Shown one piece after another: positions 1-8,878 of a DNA stretch of 64,000 bases. This DNA comes from Armatimonadota bacterium (GTDB lineage: Bacteria; Armatimonadota; HRBIN16). The DNA is taken from positions 4,672,001 to 4,736,000 of the forward strand of contig OY781964.1 of the NCBI GenBank assembly GCA_963677485.1, written 5' to 3'. The position numbers and the translations under genes are program-made. Position 1 is the first letter of the stretch. The number at the start of each line of letters is the position of its first letter. A model generated the notes under the pieces. It worked only from the letters and a program-made list of their open reading frames with translations. It was not told the origin of the DNA and did no database searches.

Positions 1-4
1 GAGT

Positions 5-529
5 GTGGGCTTTGAGTTATACACCCAGTTGCTGTCTGAGGCGATTCTTGAGGAGCGAGGGGAGACGGAAGATAAACTGTTCCTACCTCCGGTAGATATC
101 CCCATCAATGCCTTCATCCCGGATGGCTACATCAGCAACGAAGCTCAACGCATTCTTGTGTATAAGCGCATGGCCGCCACCAAGACAGTGGATGAGCTAG
201 CGGAACTGAGGAATGAGCTGGAGGACCGGTATGGTCCGATACCAACATCCCTAAAGAATGGACTGGGTATCATCGGATTGCGGTTTGCGGCTGCCGCCAT
301 CCACGCGCAGGAAGTGAAGGCGGAACCGAACGGCTGGGTTCTGATCAAATTCATGCCTGGTCATCACATGAATACGAAACTGCAAAAGACACTGGCATTG
401 CGGTATCGCAACGAGCAGTTCATGCCGGATGCCATCAGGTTAAGTATCACCACAGCACCGAACCCGCTGATCAAGATATCGGAAGTGATCAGCAACTACC
501 GCGACTACCGTGACCGCATGACGGGCTAG
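5..529 (+). CDS. mfd: Transcription-repair coupling factor, C-terminal TRCF domain (5' truncated by window)
   Basis: GFELYxxLL..AI, 'AFIPDGYI...QRILVYKR', 'ELEDRYGPIP' motifs typical of the Mfd C-terminus. Confidence 0.93.
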   Translation: MGFELYTQLLSEAILEERGETEDKLFLPPVDIPINAFIPDGYISNEAQRILVYKRMAATKTVDELAELRNELEDRYGPIPTSLKNGLGIIGLRFAAAAIHAQEVKAEPNGWVLIKFMPGHHMNTKLQKTLALRYRNEQFMPDAIRLSITTAPNPLIKISEVISNYRDYRDRMTG

Positions 530-618
530 GTTCGCATGGGAATGTAGCATGGGTGATAAACAGGCCCAGGAGATTAGCGGTTGGTATATCTAGAGAGCAG
601 ATTCGTGACATAGATACG

Positions 619-664
619 AAACAGCAGCGGCTTGGAGAGTGATCTCCAAGCCGCTGCTGTTTTC
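619..664. terminator. Bidirectional intrinsic terminator between convergent mfd and ppi
   Basis: Perfect 20-bp inverted repeat AAACAGCAGCGGCTTGGAGA / TCTCCAAGCCGCTGCTGTTT with 4-nt loop and T run. Confidence 0.85.
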
Positions 665-691
665 AGAAGCACGTATATATAGATACGACGC

Positions 692-1345
692 CTATGGTTT
701 AGATTGTTCCGGCTTATCTGAAGCTTCGCCTGCTTTCGGTGCTGCAGGCTCCAAAGGGTTGGTGTCCGTTATGGTGACGCGGCTCATGATGTCATTCTTC
801 TTGACTTTCATCACCACATCCATACCTTTAATGACCTGGCCAAATACGCAGTATTTGCCATCAAGTGCAGGCTGAGGTCCCAAGCAGATGTAGAACTGGC
901 TTCCGGCACTGTCAAAGGACTGCGCACGAGCCATCGCCAGCGAACCTGTCTTGTGCTTCAGGCTATTTTTCTCGAATTTGATCATATATCCCGGGCCGCC
1001 GGTCCCATCACCACTCGGGTCGCCACCTTGAATCACAAAACCGGGCTCCACACGGTGGAAGGTTAGTGTGTCGTAGAAGGCCTTTTTAGCTAGTTTCACG
1101 AAGTTTTCGACGGTCTTCGGGGCGGCATTACCGTAAAGCTCCAGGTAGATTTTAGCTCCTCCATCAAGCTCAATGGTGGCATAGTTAGTGGCTTTAGCCG
1201 AGTTGTCTGGCTTGGCGGCATTGGATGCAGAGACTGTTGGTTCGGGCATTGTAGGCTCCTTAGTTTGAGTTTTGTTACTTCTGCAGCCTGCAAATACGGC
1301 GACAGCGGCGAGTATGGGTAAGGCGAGGTACCATTTGGATATCAT
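692..1345 (-). CDS. Cyclophilin-type peptidyl-prolyl cis-trans isomerase, predicted lipoprotein
   Basis: APKTVENF, FHRVEPGFVIQGGDP, SAGSQFYI, VFGQV motifs; lipobox FAGC after a hydrophobic N-terminus. Confidence 0.95.
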   Translation of the reverse strand: MISKWYLALPILAAVAVFAGCRSNKTQTKEPTMPEPTVSASNAAKPDNSAKATNYATIELDGGAKIYLELYGNAAPKTVENFVKLAKKAFYDTLTFHRVEPGFVIQGGDPSGDGTGGPGYMIKFEKNSLKHKTGSLAMARAQSFDSAGSQFYICLGPQPALDGKYCVFGQVIKGMDVVMKVKKNDIMSRVTITDTNPLEPAAPKAGEASDKPEQSKP

Positions 1346-1347
1346 GT

Positions 1348-1842
1348 CTAATCTCCCAGTTCAGTTTCGTACATCATTTTTATTATTCGCGTAGAGGAAT
1401 GCCCCTCTACCCATATCCCTTTCATGATCTTTCCACCGTATGACAATACGGCAATACCTTCCGGTATTGTTGCGATGTCATAGTCTCCACCTTTGACATA
1501 GAGGTCAGGCTTAACAGCAAGCAGGCAGTCTGTGGCTGTTGGCTCATCAAAAAGTATGACGGCATCTGTGCATTCCAGCCCCGCCAGCATCTCAGCACGC
1601 GATTTCTCATGGTTAATCGGTCTTGTGGGACCTTTGATGATGCTCACACTGCGATCTGTATTCAAGGCGATGACAAGCACATCACAATGCTCTTTCATGG
1701 CCATCAAATAACGCAGGTGCCCCACATGTAACACATCAAAACAACCATTGGTCATCGCCACAACAAGCCCTTTATCGTGCCATTTTTGAACCTGTGCCAC
1801 CAGAACGTCGAGCGTCATGATCTTTTGTTCAAGTGATCTCAT
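1348..1842 (-). CDS. RfaE/HldE domain II-type adenylyl/cytidylyltransferase (ADP-heptose synthase family)
   Basis: TNGCFDVLHVGH (HxGH), KGPTRPIN, VKGGDY, SSTRII motifs. Confidence 0.9.
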   Translation of the reverse strand: MRSLEQKIMTLDVLVAQVQKWHDKGLVVAMTNGCFDVLHVGHLRYLMAMKEHCDVLVIALNTDRSVSIIKGPTRPINHEKSRAEMLAGLECTDAVILFDEPTATDCLLAVKPDLYVKGGDYDIATIPEGIAVLSYGGKIMKGIWVEGHSSTRIIKMMYETELGD

Positions 1843-3860
1843 GACATCTCCTGCAAATAGGCATCAGTGCCCTCAGCGATGGCCGAGAACCACTTACCAG
1901 ATGGGTCCACCAATGGAATCCACCAGCCGGTCGGCCGGTGTTGGGTGTGCGTCAATCCGTGCGATACCAGATATGCGTCACGCAGTATCTCGGATCGCCG
2001 GAGTTCAATCTTCGCTTCATTTTGGGCCAACTTTTGTCGTAAAGCCTTATTCTCAGGCCCCTTTTCCATCTGCATACGCAATGGTTTCAGTTCGGCTGCC
2101 TGCTGCTTAGCCTCTTTGGCAGTGTTCTTAAGCACAGATATCTGCGAGTCAAACACCAGCCGGGCCTGTTCGTGTGGCAGGAGTTCTTGCTGTATCGCCA
2201 CGTAGGCACTGTCAGCTTCGCTTACCCCTTGCTGTCTGAGTTCATATAACTTCTCACGACGAGGCTTGATCAGTTCGCGGTAGTGCTCACTTTTCGCATG
2301 CTCCAGCTTTTGTGCCGCATCCTGGGCTTCGCGAACTTGGTCATACAGGCTTTGGGTTTGCTCCGCTATCTGCTGTGCTTGTGATACTAGTGCGTTGATT
2401 TGGTGCAGACATTCGGTCAAATCCAGGTTGAGTTGTGACCACTCGCCGCCCTCTCTTTCCTGTATCCACTGCACGGCATCCCGGGGTGCGCGGTGCTCAG
2501 AGACCAGCTCCATCACATGCTCTTGTTGTGCTACCACCTCACGCCATGTGCGTCCAAAAACTTCACAGCTCACATGCTGGCTCCCAAAAGCCTGGGCCAT
2601 ATGCGGCGGCAGCGAAAGAATCTTGTCACCGCACTGCTGAAGCGCATCCCAAGTCGGATATGTGAGTCGCAGTATGGGGTGAGAGTGAATGGCGACGCCT
2701 TTGGAGTTCATTTCGTCGTGCATCATCTTTGTTCTGAAAACATAAGCCGAACCCTCTTCATTCATCACAGGGATGAACTCCTGGGTGATCATCGAGATAA
2801 GTGAAACAGCCTTGCCTATCAAGGCCACACTGGGGCCAAAACGATCTTCTAGAATCTCCGCCAGCTGTTTGAGTGTGGTGACAGGTTCGGCGGTAGTAAT
2901 GATGATGGGTTCATCAAACTCAATCTCTATCGCCCTTGGCCGCACCATGAGTGTTCCACGCCCCATTCCCAATGAAGCAACATCAAATGGAATAGCACCC
3001 ATACCGAACTTGTCCAACGTATAGATGTCGGAGCCCAGCACCGCATTGTGATACGCGGTTTCTGCGGTCATACGTGTCTCGGGGTTTATAAAGAGGGCGA
3101 CAGGCGCAAATCTGGGTAAGTGGCAAGTGGATGAGTTGAATTTGAATAACTCCATGCTGCAGCTTGTTTCTAATATGCAGCCATGATACAGGTTTTTCAT
3201 GATATCTTGAAACAGCCGTTGGAAAAGCTCACTCAGGCAACCCGTAGTCTCGTGTTTGGCGACAAGCAACTGATTACGCAGCTTGCTTGATATTTCAGCA
3301 CATTCTTGCCCAACAATTGGTAGTGACAGGTCAATGGCCCAGTCGTAGAGTTCAAGAAGGGCTTTCACGCCATGACAGGTGCAGACCTCTGCGGACAGCA
3401 AATTCTTGAAGCCTGTGTGTACCAGGCCTTTCCATCCCCATGCCTCGGTGATTTCATCGACGAACTGGTCGTGCCCCATACCCGCGGCTTGTGACGCTTT
3501 TTCGAGCGACACGTGGTGCTGGGCGAACAAGTCGCGCGATGGGATCGTCTCGCTGCCAAACAGGGCACTGAGTTCACCCGCAGCACTCCAGAGTTCACGA
3601 GTGGATCCGTCATTGTGAGCTACTGAGATGATCGCATCGTCCTTACCGTTATATCCGGGTAGTTTGGCAAAATAATCCGTATCATGAGCAGCAACGATAA
3701 ACCGGTGCTTTATGTCTAGTTGGTCGATCAAGTAGCATAGAGCAGCCTTCACAGTTTCATCCCACAGTGCAGTTTGTCCTAATGCAAGGAATGGAGTGGT
3801 TGGATATAGTTGGTGCAGTTTTTCTAGCGTGTTTTGTGTAGCTTGAAGCACGGGTGGCAC
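1839..3860 (-). CDS. Hypothetical protein with long C-terminal coiled coil; possible distant BshC-like ligase
   Basis: 683-aa ORF (longest start 3890); GAGGAGG RBS at 3864-3870 favours GTG at 3860 or 3851; 4-bp overlap with next gene. Confidence 0.75.
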   Translation of the reverse strand: MPPVLQATQNTLEKLHQLYPTTPFLALGQTALWDETVKAALCYLIDQLDIKHRFIVAAHDTDYFAKLPGYNGKDDAIISVAHNDGSTRELWSAAGELSALFGSETIPSRDLFAQHHVSLEKASQAAGMGHDQFVDEITEAWGWKGLVHTGFKNLLSAEVCTCHGVKALLELYDWAIDLSLPIVGQECAEISSKLRNQLLVAKHETTGCLSELFQRLFQDIMKNLYHGCILETSCSMELFKFNSSTCHLPRFAPVALFINPETRMTAETAYHNAVLGSDIYTLDKFGMGAIPFDVASLGMGRGTLMVRPRAIEIEFDEPIIITTAEPVTTLKQLAEILEDRFGPSVALIGKAVSLISMITQEFIPVMNEEGSAYVFRTKMMHDEMNSKGVAIHSHPILRLTYPTWDALQQCGDKILSLPPHMAQAFGSQHVSCEVFGRTWREVVAQQEHVMELVSEHRAPRDAVQWIQEREGGEWSQLNLDLTECLHQINALVSQAQQIAEQTQSLYDQVREAQDAAQKLEHAKSEHYRELIKPRREKLYELRQQGVSEADSAYVAIQQELLPHEQARLVFDSQISVLKNTAKEAKQQAAELKPLRMQMEKGPENKALRQKLAQNEAKIELRRSEILRDAYLVSHGLTHTQHRPTGWWIPLVDPSGKWFSAIAEGTDAYLQEMS

Positions 3861-4050
3861 AGGCCTCCTCGGACGGTAATATATAATCAATCTCTACCTA
3901 TGTAATTTTACCCGTGCTAACGCACAGATGCACAGAAAGCGGCTGCTATTAGGTTCACATGATGAATATGAGCATAGAGTTTGACGATGCAGCTTGCAGC
4001 CTGCTAAAATACAGTCACTAGGTGTCACAACTCTAGCTAAGGAGCAACAC

Positions 4051-4611
4051 TTGATTACTTACCAAAATGCAAGCCAACGTTTAGGTTCATATATCGATAG
4101 TAAACACTGGTCAGTCAGTCTAGTTTTCGCGGCCATCACTATACTCACTGCAAATCTGGCCATACCATTACCACACACTCCCGTGCCATTCACCCTTCAA
4201 GTGATGGCTGTGTTAGCATCCGGGCTGGTATTAGGTTCGCGATTAGGGTGGCTGGCGCAGATCCAGTATCTGGCTGTTGGATTTATTGGCGCCCCTGTCT
4301 TCGCCGGCGGTGCCGCCGGAATAGCCTATCTGTTCAATCCTCATATGACCGGCGGATATCTGCTGGCCTTTCCACTGGCAGCCTGGTTGTGTGGATTGGT
4401 GTCTGAGCGGTATCCATCGATAGCTGGTAAGTTGTTGGGCTGCATCGCGGCGATAGTCTCGATATATGGATGTGGGTTACTTTGGATGCACTTCGCAATG
4501 GCGCAACCTGTTGGTATCGCTGTTGCTTGGGGTATCATGCCGTTCATCGGGCTCGATGCCATAAAAGGTATCATCGTATCGGTAGTGACAACACGAAAAA
4601 CAAGCCGCTAA
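4051..4611 (+). CDS. bioY: Biotin transporter BioY
   Basis: PVPFTLQ, YLxxGxxGxPVFAGG, TGGYLLAF, PFIxxDxIK motifs; TTG start after AAGGAG. Confidence 0.92.
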   Translation: MITYQNASQRLGSYIDSKHWSVSLVFAAITILTANLAIPLPHTPVPFTLQVMAVLASGLVLGSRLGWLAQIQYLAVGFIGAPVFAGGAAGIAYLFNPHMTGGYLLAFPLAAWLCGLVSERYPSIAGKLLGCIAAIVSIYGCGLLWMHFAMAQPVGIAVAWGIMPFIGLDAIKGIIVSVVTTRKTSR

Positions 4612-5276
4612 TGATGCTGCGCAATATCCTAATCGCTATCGGATTATTGACTTTAGGTGCCGTACCGGTCCACTCACAGAGTGCGATCGAAGCGACTGTG
4701 GTCATCCTGCCACCGTCTGATACCGGCGTCTGGCGTGTGCAGATGGCATTTAGCGGAGCCAGGGAAAAGCAGTGGCTGATAGATAGGTTTAACACGATGC
4801 TTGCCCAAGGCAAATGGCAGGGTCGTATCACCCGAGTCAGGACCCGCATTGCAGAATCATCGGCAGGCGGCACCAGTGCTCCTTTGGGGGCCGACGTCAT
4901 CGGTGAGGTGCAGTCTCTAGTTCCGCAGCCCGGCCAACCGTTCCCGATTGACGCGTTCATATCGGCTCTGGCGGAACTTAAAACTATAAATATCGTCTAC
5001 TTCGGAGGGAATGTCACTGTGACGGACCTGCCTGGAGTATGGAAAAACCGGAATATCACTGTAAGAGTGAGTAATCTTAACGGTCTGGCACAGTTCAATA
5101 TAAACATTGATGACCCCAAAGGGGCACTGTCAGCACCTTCCAGGGGGCCGCAAGATATGCGGAACAGGGTTTTGGTGATATGCGGTCTATGTCTTCTCGC
5201 ACTAGGGGTAGGCATTGTAGTTTATACCGTAGCCAAAGGGCATTCCACTCATACCAGCGGATCATCTTGGACGTAA
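4611..5276 (+). CDS. Hypothetical exported protein with C-terminal transmembrane anchor
   Basis: ATG overlaps bioY stop (TAATG); signal-peptide-like N-terminus and hydrophobic C-terminal helix. Confidence 0.7.
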   Translation: MMLRNILIAIGLLTLGAVPVHSQSAIEATVVILPPSDTGVWRVQMAFSGAREKQWLIDRFNTMLAQGKWQGRITRVRTRIAESSAGGTSAPLGADVIGEVQSLVPQPGQPFPIDAFISALAELKTINIVYFGGNVTVTDLPGVWKNRNITVRVSNLNGLAQFNINIDDPKGALSAPSRGPQDMRNRVLVICGLCLLALGVGIVVYTVAKGHSTHTSGSSWT

Positions 5277-5292
5277 TAGAAGGGAAATACCA

Positions 5293-6351
5293 ATGCGAAC
5301 CTTACCAGAACTACTTCAACTGGCATCTGATGCCAACGCTTCAGACCTGTTTATCAAGACAGGAGCTAGTCCAGCACTTCGTGTTCATGGCAAAATCAAA
5401 GTACTGGATATACCAGCTCTTTCTGTAGACGATGTTCATGACCTGTGTCACAGTGTGATGAATAGTGACCTTGTAGCAGCTTTCCAGCGAAGGCACGAAC
5501 TCGACCTGGCCTTTACAATAGAGGGTGTTTGCCGCATTCGAGCCAACATGTACCAGCAAAAGGGAACGATGGGGCTGGTATGCCGTTTAATTCCACTCGC
5601 CACACCTACGCTGGAAGATCTGAAACTGCCTGCTATTTTGGGCCAGATGTGTAACGTCAGGCAAGGCCTGGTGCTTGTCACCGGACCGACTGGCTCTGGT
5701 AAGTCTTCAACGCTGGCAGCCATGATCGACAGGATCAACACCACCCGTTCTACACACATCGTCACAATCGAAGAGCCGATCGAATACGTTCATCCTGACA
5801 AACTCAGTATTGTCTCCCAGCGTGAAGTGGGCATCGACACTGCCAGCTTTACTGATGGTCTGAAATATGTGCTGCGTCAGAGTCCAGATATCATTCTGGT
5901 GGGTGAGATGCGCGACGTAGAGACGATGTCGGTATCCATGCAGGCCGCCGAAACAGGTCACTTGGTGTTCTCTACCGTCCACACCCCAAGCGCCGCTGAT
6001 ACAATGGACCGTATCATCAACATGTTCCCGCCTCACGAGAAGACGATCATTTCCATGCGTCTAGCAGGCGCATTGCGAGGGATTGTTTCGCAAAAACTGG
6101 TACCTACAAAAGACGGTAACGGCCGTGTGGCCGCCGTGGAAGTATTGATCGCCACACCAACGATCAGCAAGATGATTGAGGACACACACTTCAGCTCAAT
6201 TTACGGTGCAATCACTGAAGGTGGGTTCTGGGGTATGCAGACAATGAACCAGAGTCTGTATAAACACTACAAACAGGGTATCATTTCAGAAGAGGACGCA
6301 CTGTTGTTCGCAGGTAACTTAACTGAGCTCAAACAGATGTTCCGGCGATAA
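5293..6351 (+). CDS. pilT: Type IV pilus retraction ATPase, PilT/PilU family (paralog 1)
   Basis: ASDL, Walker A GPTGSGKS, LRQSPDIILVGEMRD, AAETGHLVFSTVHT, GMQTM. Confidence 0.93.
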   Translation: MRTLPELLQLASDANASDLFIKTGASPALRVHGKIKVLDIPALSVDDVHDLCHSVMNSDLVAAFQRRHELDLAFTIEGVCRIRANMYQQKGTMGLVCRLIPLATPTLEDLKLPAILGQMCNVRQGLVLVTGPTGSGKSSTLAAMIDRINTTRSTHIVTIEEPIEYVHPDKLSIVSQREVGIDTASFTDGLKYVLRQSPDIILVGEMRDVETMSVSMQAAETGHLVFSTVHTPSAADTMDRIINMFPPHEKTIISMRLAGALRGIVSQKLVPTKDGNGRVAAVEVLIATPTISKMIEDTHFSSIYGAITEGGFWGMQTMNQSLYKHYKQGIISEEDALLFAGNLTELKQMFRR

Positions 6352-6383
6352 ACGACTCACCCTACCGATAAGGGAGGAGCTTC

Positions 6384-7508
6384 ATGCACCTAGACGATAT
6401 GCTGCGACGCCTTGTAGAATCCGATGCGTCGGACCTGCATCTCCGAGTGAACGAGCCACCGATTTTTCGGCAGAACGGTTCGCTCCAAAGGCAGACAGAT
6501 TTGCCGAAACTGTCGAACGAAGATGTCAAGAAGATTATCTATGATGTTTTTCCAGCAGAGTCTATTGAAAAGCTTGAACAGACGAAAGAGCTGGATGTTG
6601 CATACGAACTCAAGGGTGTAGCCCGTTTTCGTGTGAACGTGTTTTACCAGCAGCGTGTTCTAGGTGCTGCCATGCGCCTCATCCCATATAATATCCGCAG
6701 TATCGATGATCTTGGTGTACCACAGGCCATTAAAGGGCTGTGCATGCTGCCGCGTGGTTTAATTCTTGTGACCGGACCTACGGGCTCTGGCAAGACCACC
6801 ACGCTGGCAGCTATGATCAACCATGTCAACACGCATCGTAAATGCCATATCATCACAATCGAAGAGCCGATTGAGTATATGCATACAGATAACCTCTCGA
6901 TCATCAACCAGCGCGAAGTCGGTGTCGACACCCACGGATATGCCAGCGCTCTACGGCATGTTATGCGTCAGAACCCCGATGTCATTCTGGTCGGCGAGAT
7001 GCGTGACCTGGAGACGATCCACCTGGCGATCACGGCTGCCGAAACTGGCCACCTCGTATTCTCTACCCTGCACACCCAGGATGCCCCTCAAACCATCGAC
7101 CGTATTGTGGACGTGTTTCCTTCCGACCAACAGCAACAGGTGCGTATGCAACTGTCGGTCACGATCAATGGTGTCATCTCACAGACGCTTCTTCCTAAGG
7201 CAAGTGGAAAAGGACGTGTGGCGGCGTATGAGCTGATGGTGGCTACCCCGGCCGTCAGATCGCTTATCCGGGAAGGCAAGACGCACCAACTGTATATGGA
7301 TATTCAGACGGGTGGCGATGTTGGCATGCAGACACTTGATAGCTGCCTGTTGGAGCTTGTGAAAAAAGGTGTCGTAAAGTATGAGGATGCTCTGGGTAAA
7401 ACCTCGAATCCGAACGACTTCAACCAGCGCATTCAGAAATTCCAGCAACAGCAGAATCCGCAGCAACAGTCTCAGCAACAGCAACAGCAGCAACAGAAGA
7501 AAAACTGA
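6384..7508 (+). CDS. pilT: Type IV pilus retraction ATPase PilT (paralog 2) with poly-Gln tail
   Basis: GPTGSGKT, RQNPDVILVGEMRD, AAETGHLVFSTLHT, AVRSLIRE. Confidence 0.95.
   Translation: MHLDDMLRRLVESDASDLHLRVNEPPIFRQNGSLQRQTDLPKLSNEDVKKIIYDVFPAESIEKLEQTKELDVAYELKGVARFRVNVFYQQRVLGAAMRLIPYNIRSIDDLGVPQAIKGLCMLPRGLILVTGPTGSGKTTTLAAMINHVNTHRKCHIITIEEPIEYMHTDNLSIINQREVGVDTHGYASALRHVMRQNPDVILVGEMRDLETIHLAITAAETGHLVFSTLHTQDAPQTIDRIVDVFPSDQQQQVRMQLSVTINGVISQTLLPKASGKGRVAAYELMVATPAVRSLIREGKTHQLYMDIQTGGDVGMQTLDSCLLELVKKGVVKYEDALGKTSNPNDFNQRIQKFQQQQNPQQQSQQQQQQQQKKN
7443..7496 (+). repeat. CAG/CAA low-complexity repeat encoding poly-Gln
   Basis: Encodes QQQQNPQQQSQQQQQQQQ at the PilT2 C-terminus. Confidence 0.85.
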
Positions 7509-7551
7509 TGACTATTTTATACTGCATTGATCGTATATCGTGGAGGGCTCC

Positions 7552-8673
7552 ATGAAAATCACCCTTGATGAAATGTTACGAAGGACAGTTAGCGTTGATG
7601 GTTCTGACTTGCATGTCAAGGCCGACAACCATCCGATATGCCGTGTATATAGCGACCTGATGCCCCAGACTGATATGCCTGTGTTGGATTCAAAAGATAC
7701 AGAAGAATTGTTGATGGCCTCGATCAGCGAAGTGCAGCAAGCTCGGTTTGCGGAAGACATGGAACTCGACTTCGCATATGAAGTCAAAGGCCTTTCGCGG
7801 TTTCGCGGGAACATCTATCGGCAGCGAGGAGCTGTGCAGGGCGCATTCCGTGTCATTCCATATACCATCAGGACCATGCAGGATCTCAATTTGCCGCCAG
7901 TATGCAAGTTCTTCGCAGAACGACCCCGCGGCATTGTGTTGGTGACTGGCCCTGCTGGTTCGGGGAAATCCACAACCCAAGCCGCATTCCTCAACTACAT
8001 CAATGAAACTGACGCCGTGCACATCATGACCGTAGAAGATCCTTTGGAGTTTGTGCATACTCCGAAAAAGGCATTGGTGAACCAAAGAGAACTGGGCACA
8101 GATACGATGTCTTTCGCGAACGCGTTGAAATACGTGTTGCGGCAAGACCCTGATGTGATCTTGATCGGTGAAATGCGCGACCTAGAGACGATCCACCTTG
8201 CCATCACCGCCGCTGAAACTGGACACCTAGTGTTCGGTACTCTGCACACGCCAGATGCGGTTCAAACTATCGACCGTATTATTGACGTCTTCCCGCTGCA
8301 CCAGCAGTCTCAGGTGCGTATGCAGCTCAGCTCCAACCTGGTTGGTGTGGTGTCACAGCAACTCTGTAAGCGTAAAGACGGCAAGGGGCGTGTGGCTGCT
8401 TACGAAGTGCTAGTGGGAACCTCAGCCATCCGCAACATCATCCGTGAAGCTAAAACATTCCAGTTGTCTTCACAGATACAAACCGGAACCAAACAGGGCA
8501 TGCTTTCACTCGACCTTTCGCTGGCGAACCTGCATCGGCAGGGATTGATCTCCAGGGAAGAGGCGATGCTCCACGCCAAGGAAGCCAAGGAGCTTGAAGC
8601 CCTCATCAGCATTGATACTGCAGAGGCTGCTAAGGCCGCCACTGCAACTAAGGCCGCCAGTAACCAACGGTAG
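7552..8673 (+). CDS. pilT: Type IV pilus retraction ATPase PilT (paralog 3)
   Basis: GPAGSGKS, TVEDPLE, LRQDPDVILIGEMRD, AIRNIIRE; ATG 7552 after GGAGGG. Confidence 0.95.
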   Translation: MKITLDEMLRRTVSVDGSDLHVKADNHPICRVYSDLMPQTDMPVLDSKDTEELLMASISEVQQARFAEDMELDFAYEVKGLSRFRGNIYRQRGAVQGAFRVIPYTIRTMQDLNLPPVCKFFAERPRGIVLVTGPAGSGKSTTQAAFLNYINETDAVHIMTVEDPLEFVHTPKKALVNQRELGTDTMSFANALKYVLRQDPDVILIGEMRDLETIHLAITAAETGHLVFGTLHTPDAVQTIDRIIDVFPLHQQSQVRMQLSSNLVGVVSQQLCKRKDGKGRVAAYEVLVGTSAIRNIIREAKTFQLSSQIQTGTKQGMLSLDLSLANLHRQGLISREEAMLHAKEAKELEALISIDTAEAAKAATATKAASNQR

Positions 8674-8695
8674 TCAGGCATCCAGTAGTCCTTAT

Positions 8696-8732
8696 AAGAA
8701 CAGGCAACGCTTCGGCATTGCCTGTTCTTTGA
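8696..8732 (+). terminator. Intrinsic terminator after pilT cluster
   Basis: AAGAACAGGCAACGC-TTCG-GCATTGCCTGTTCTT hairpin ending in Ts. Confidence 0.8.
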
Positions 8733-8770
8733 TTCATGGCGAGTTTCCCGTGATTCATAGGACGATAGAG

Positions 8771-8800
8771 TTGACTTTATCGGTCGGAAATGTCTACAGT
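8771..8800 (+). promoter_or_regulatory. Putative sigma70 promoter of the RND efflux operon
   Basis: TTGACT-18 nt-TACAGT, with an imperfect dyad in the spacer. Confidence 0.4.
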
Positions 8801-8878
8801 TAAAATAGAGGGCAATTTTTTGCATGTCCAGTGAAGCAGAACCATGCTCGATCCTGCAGATAACGAGGCGTAATAATA

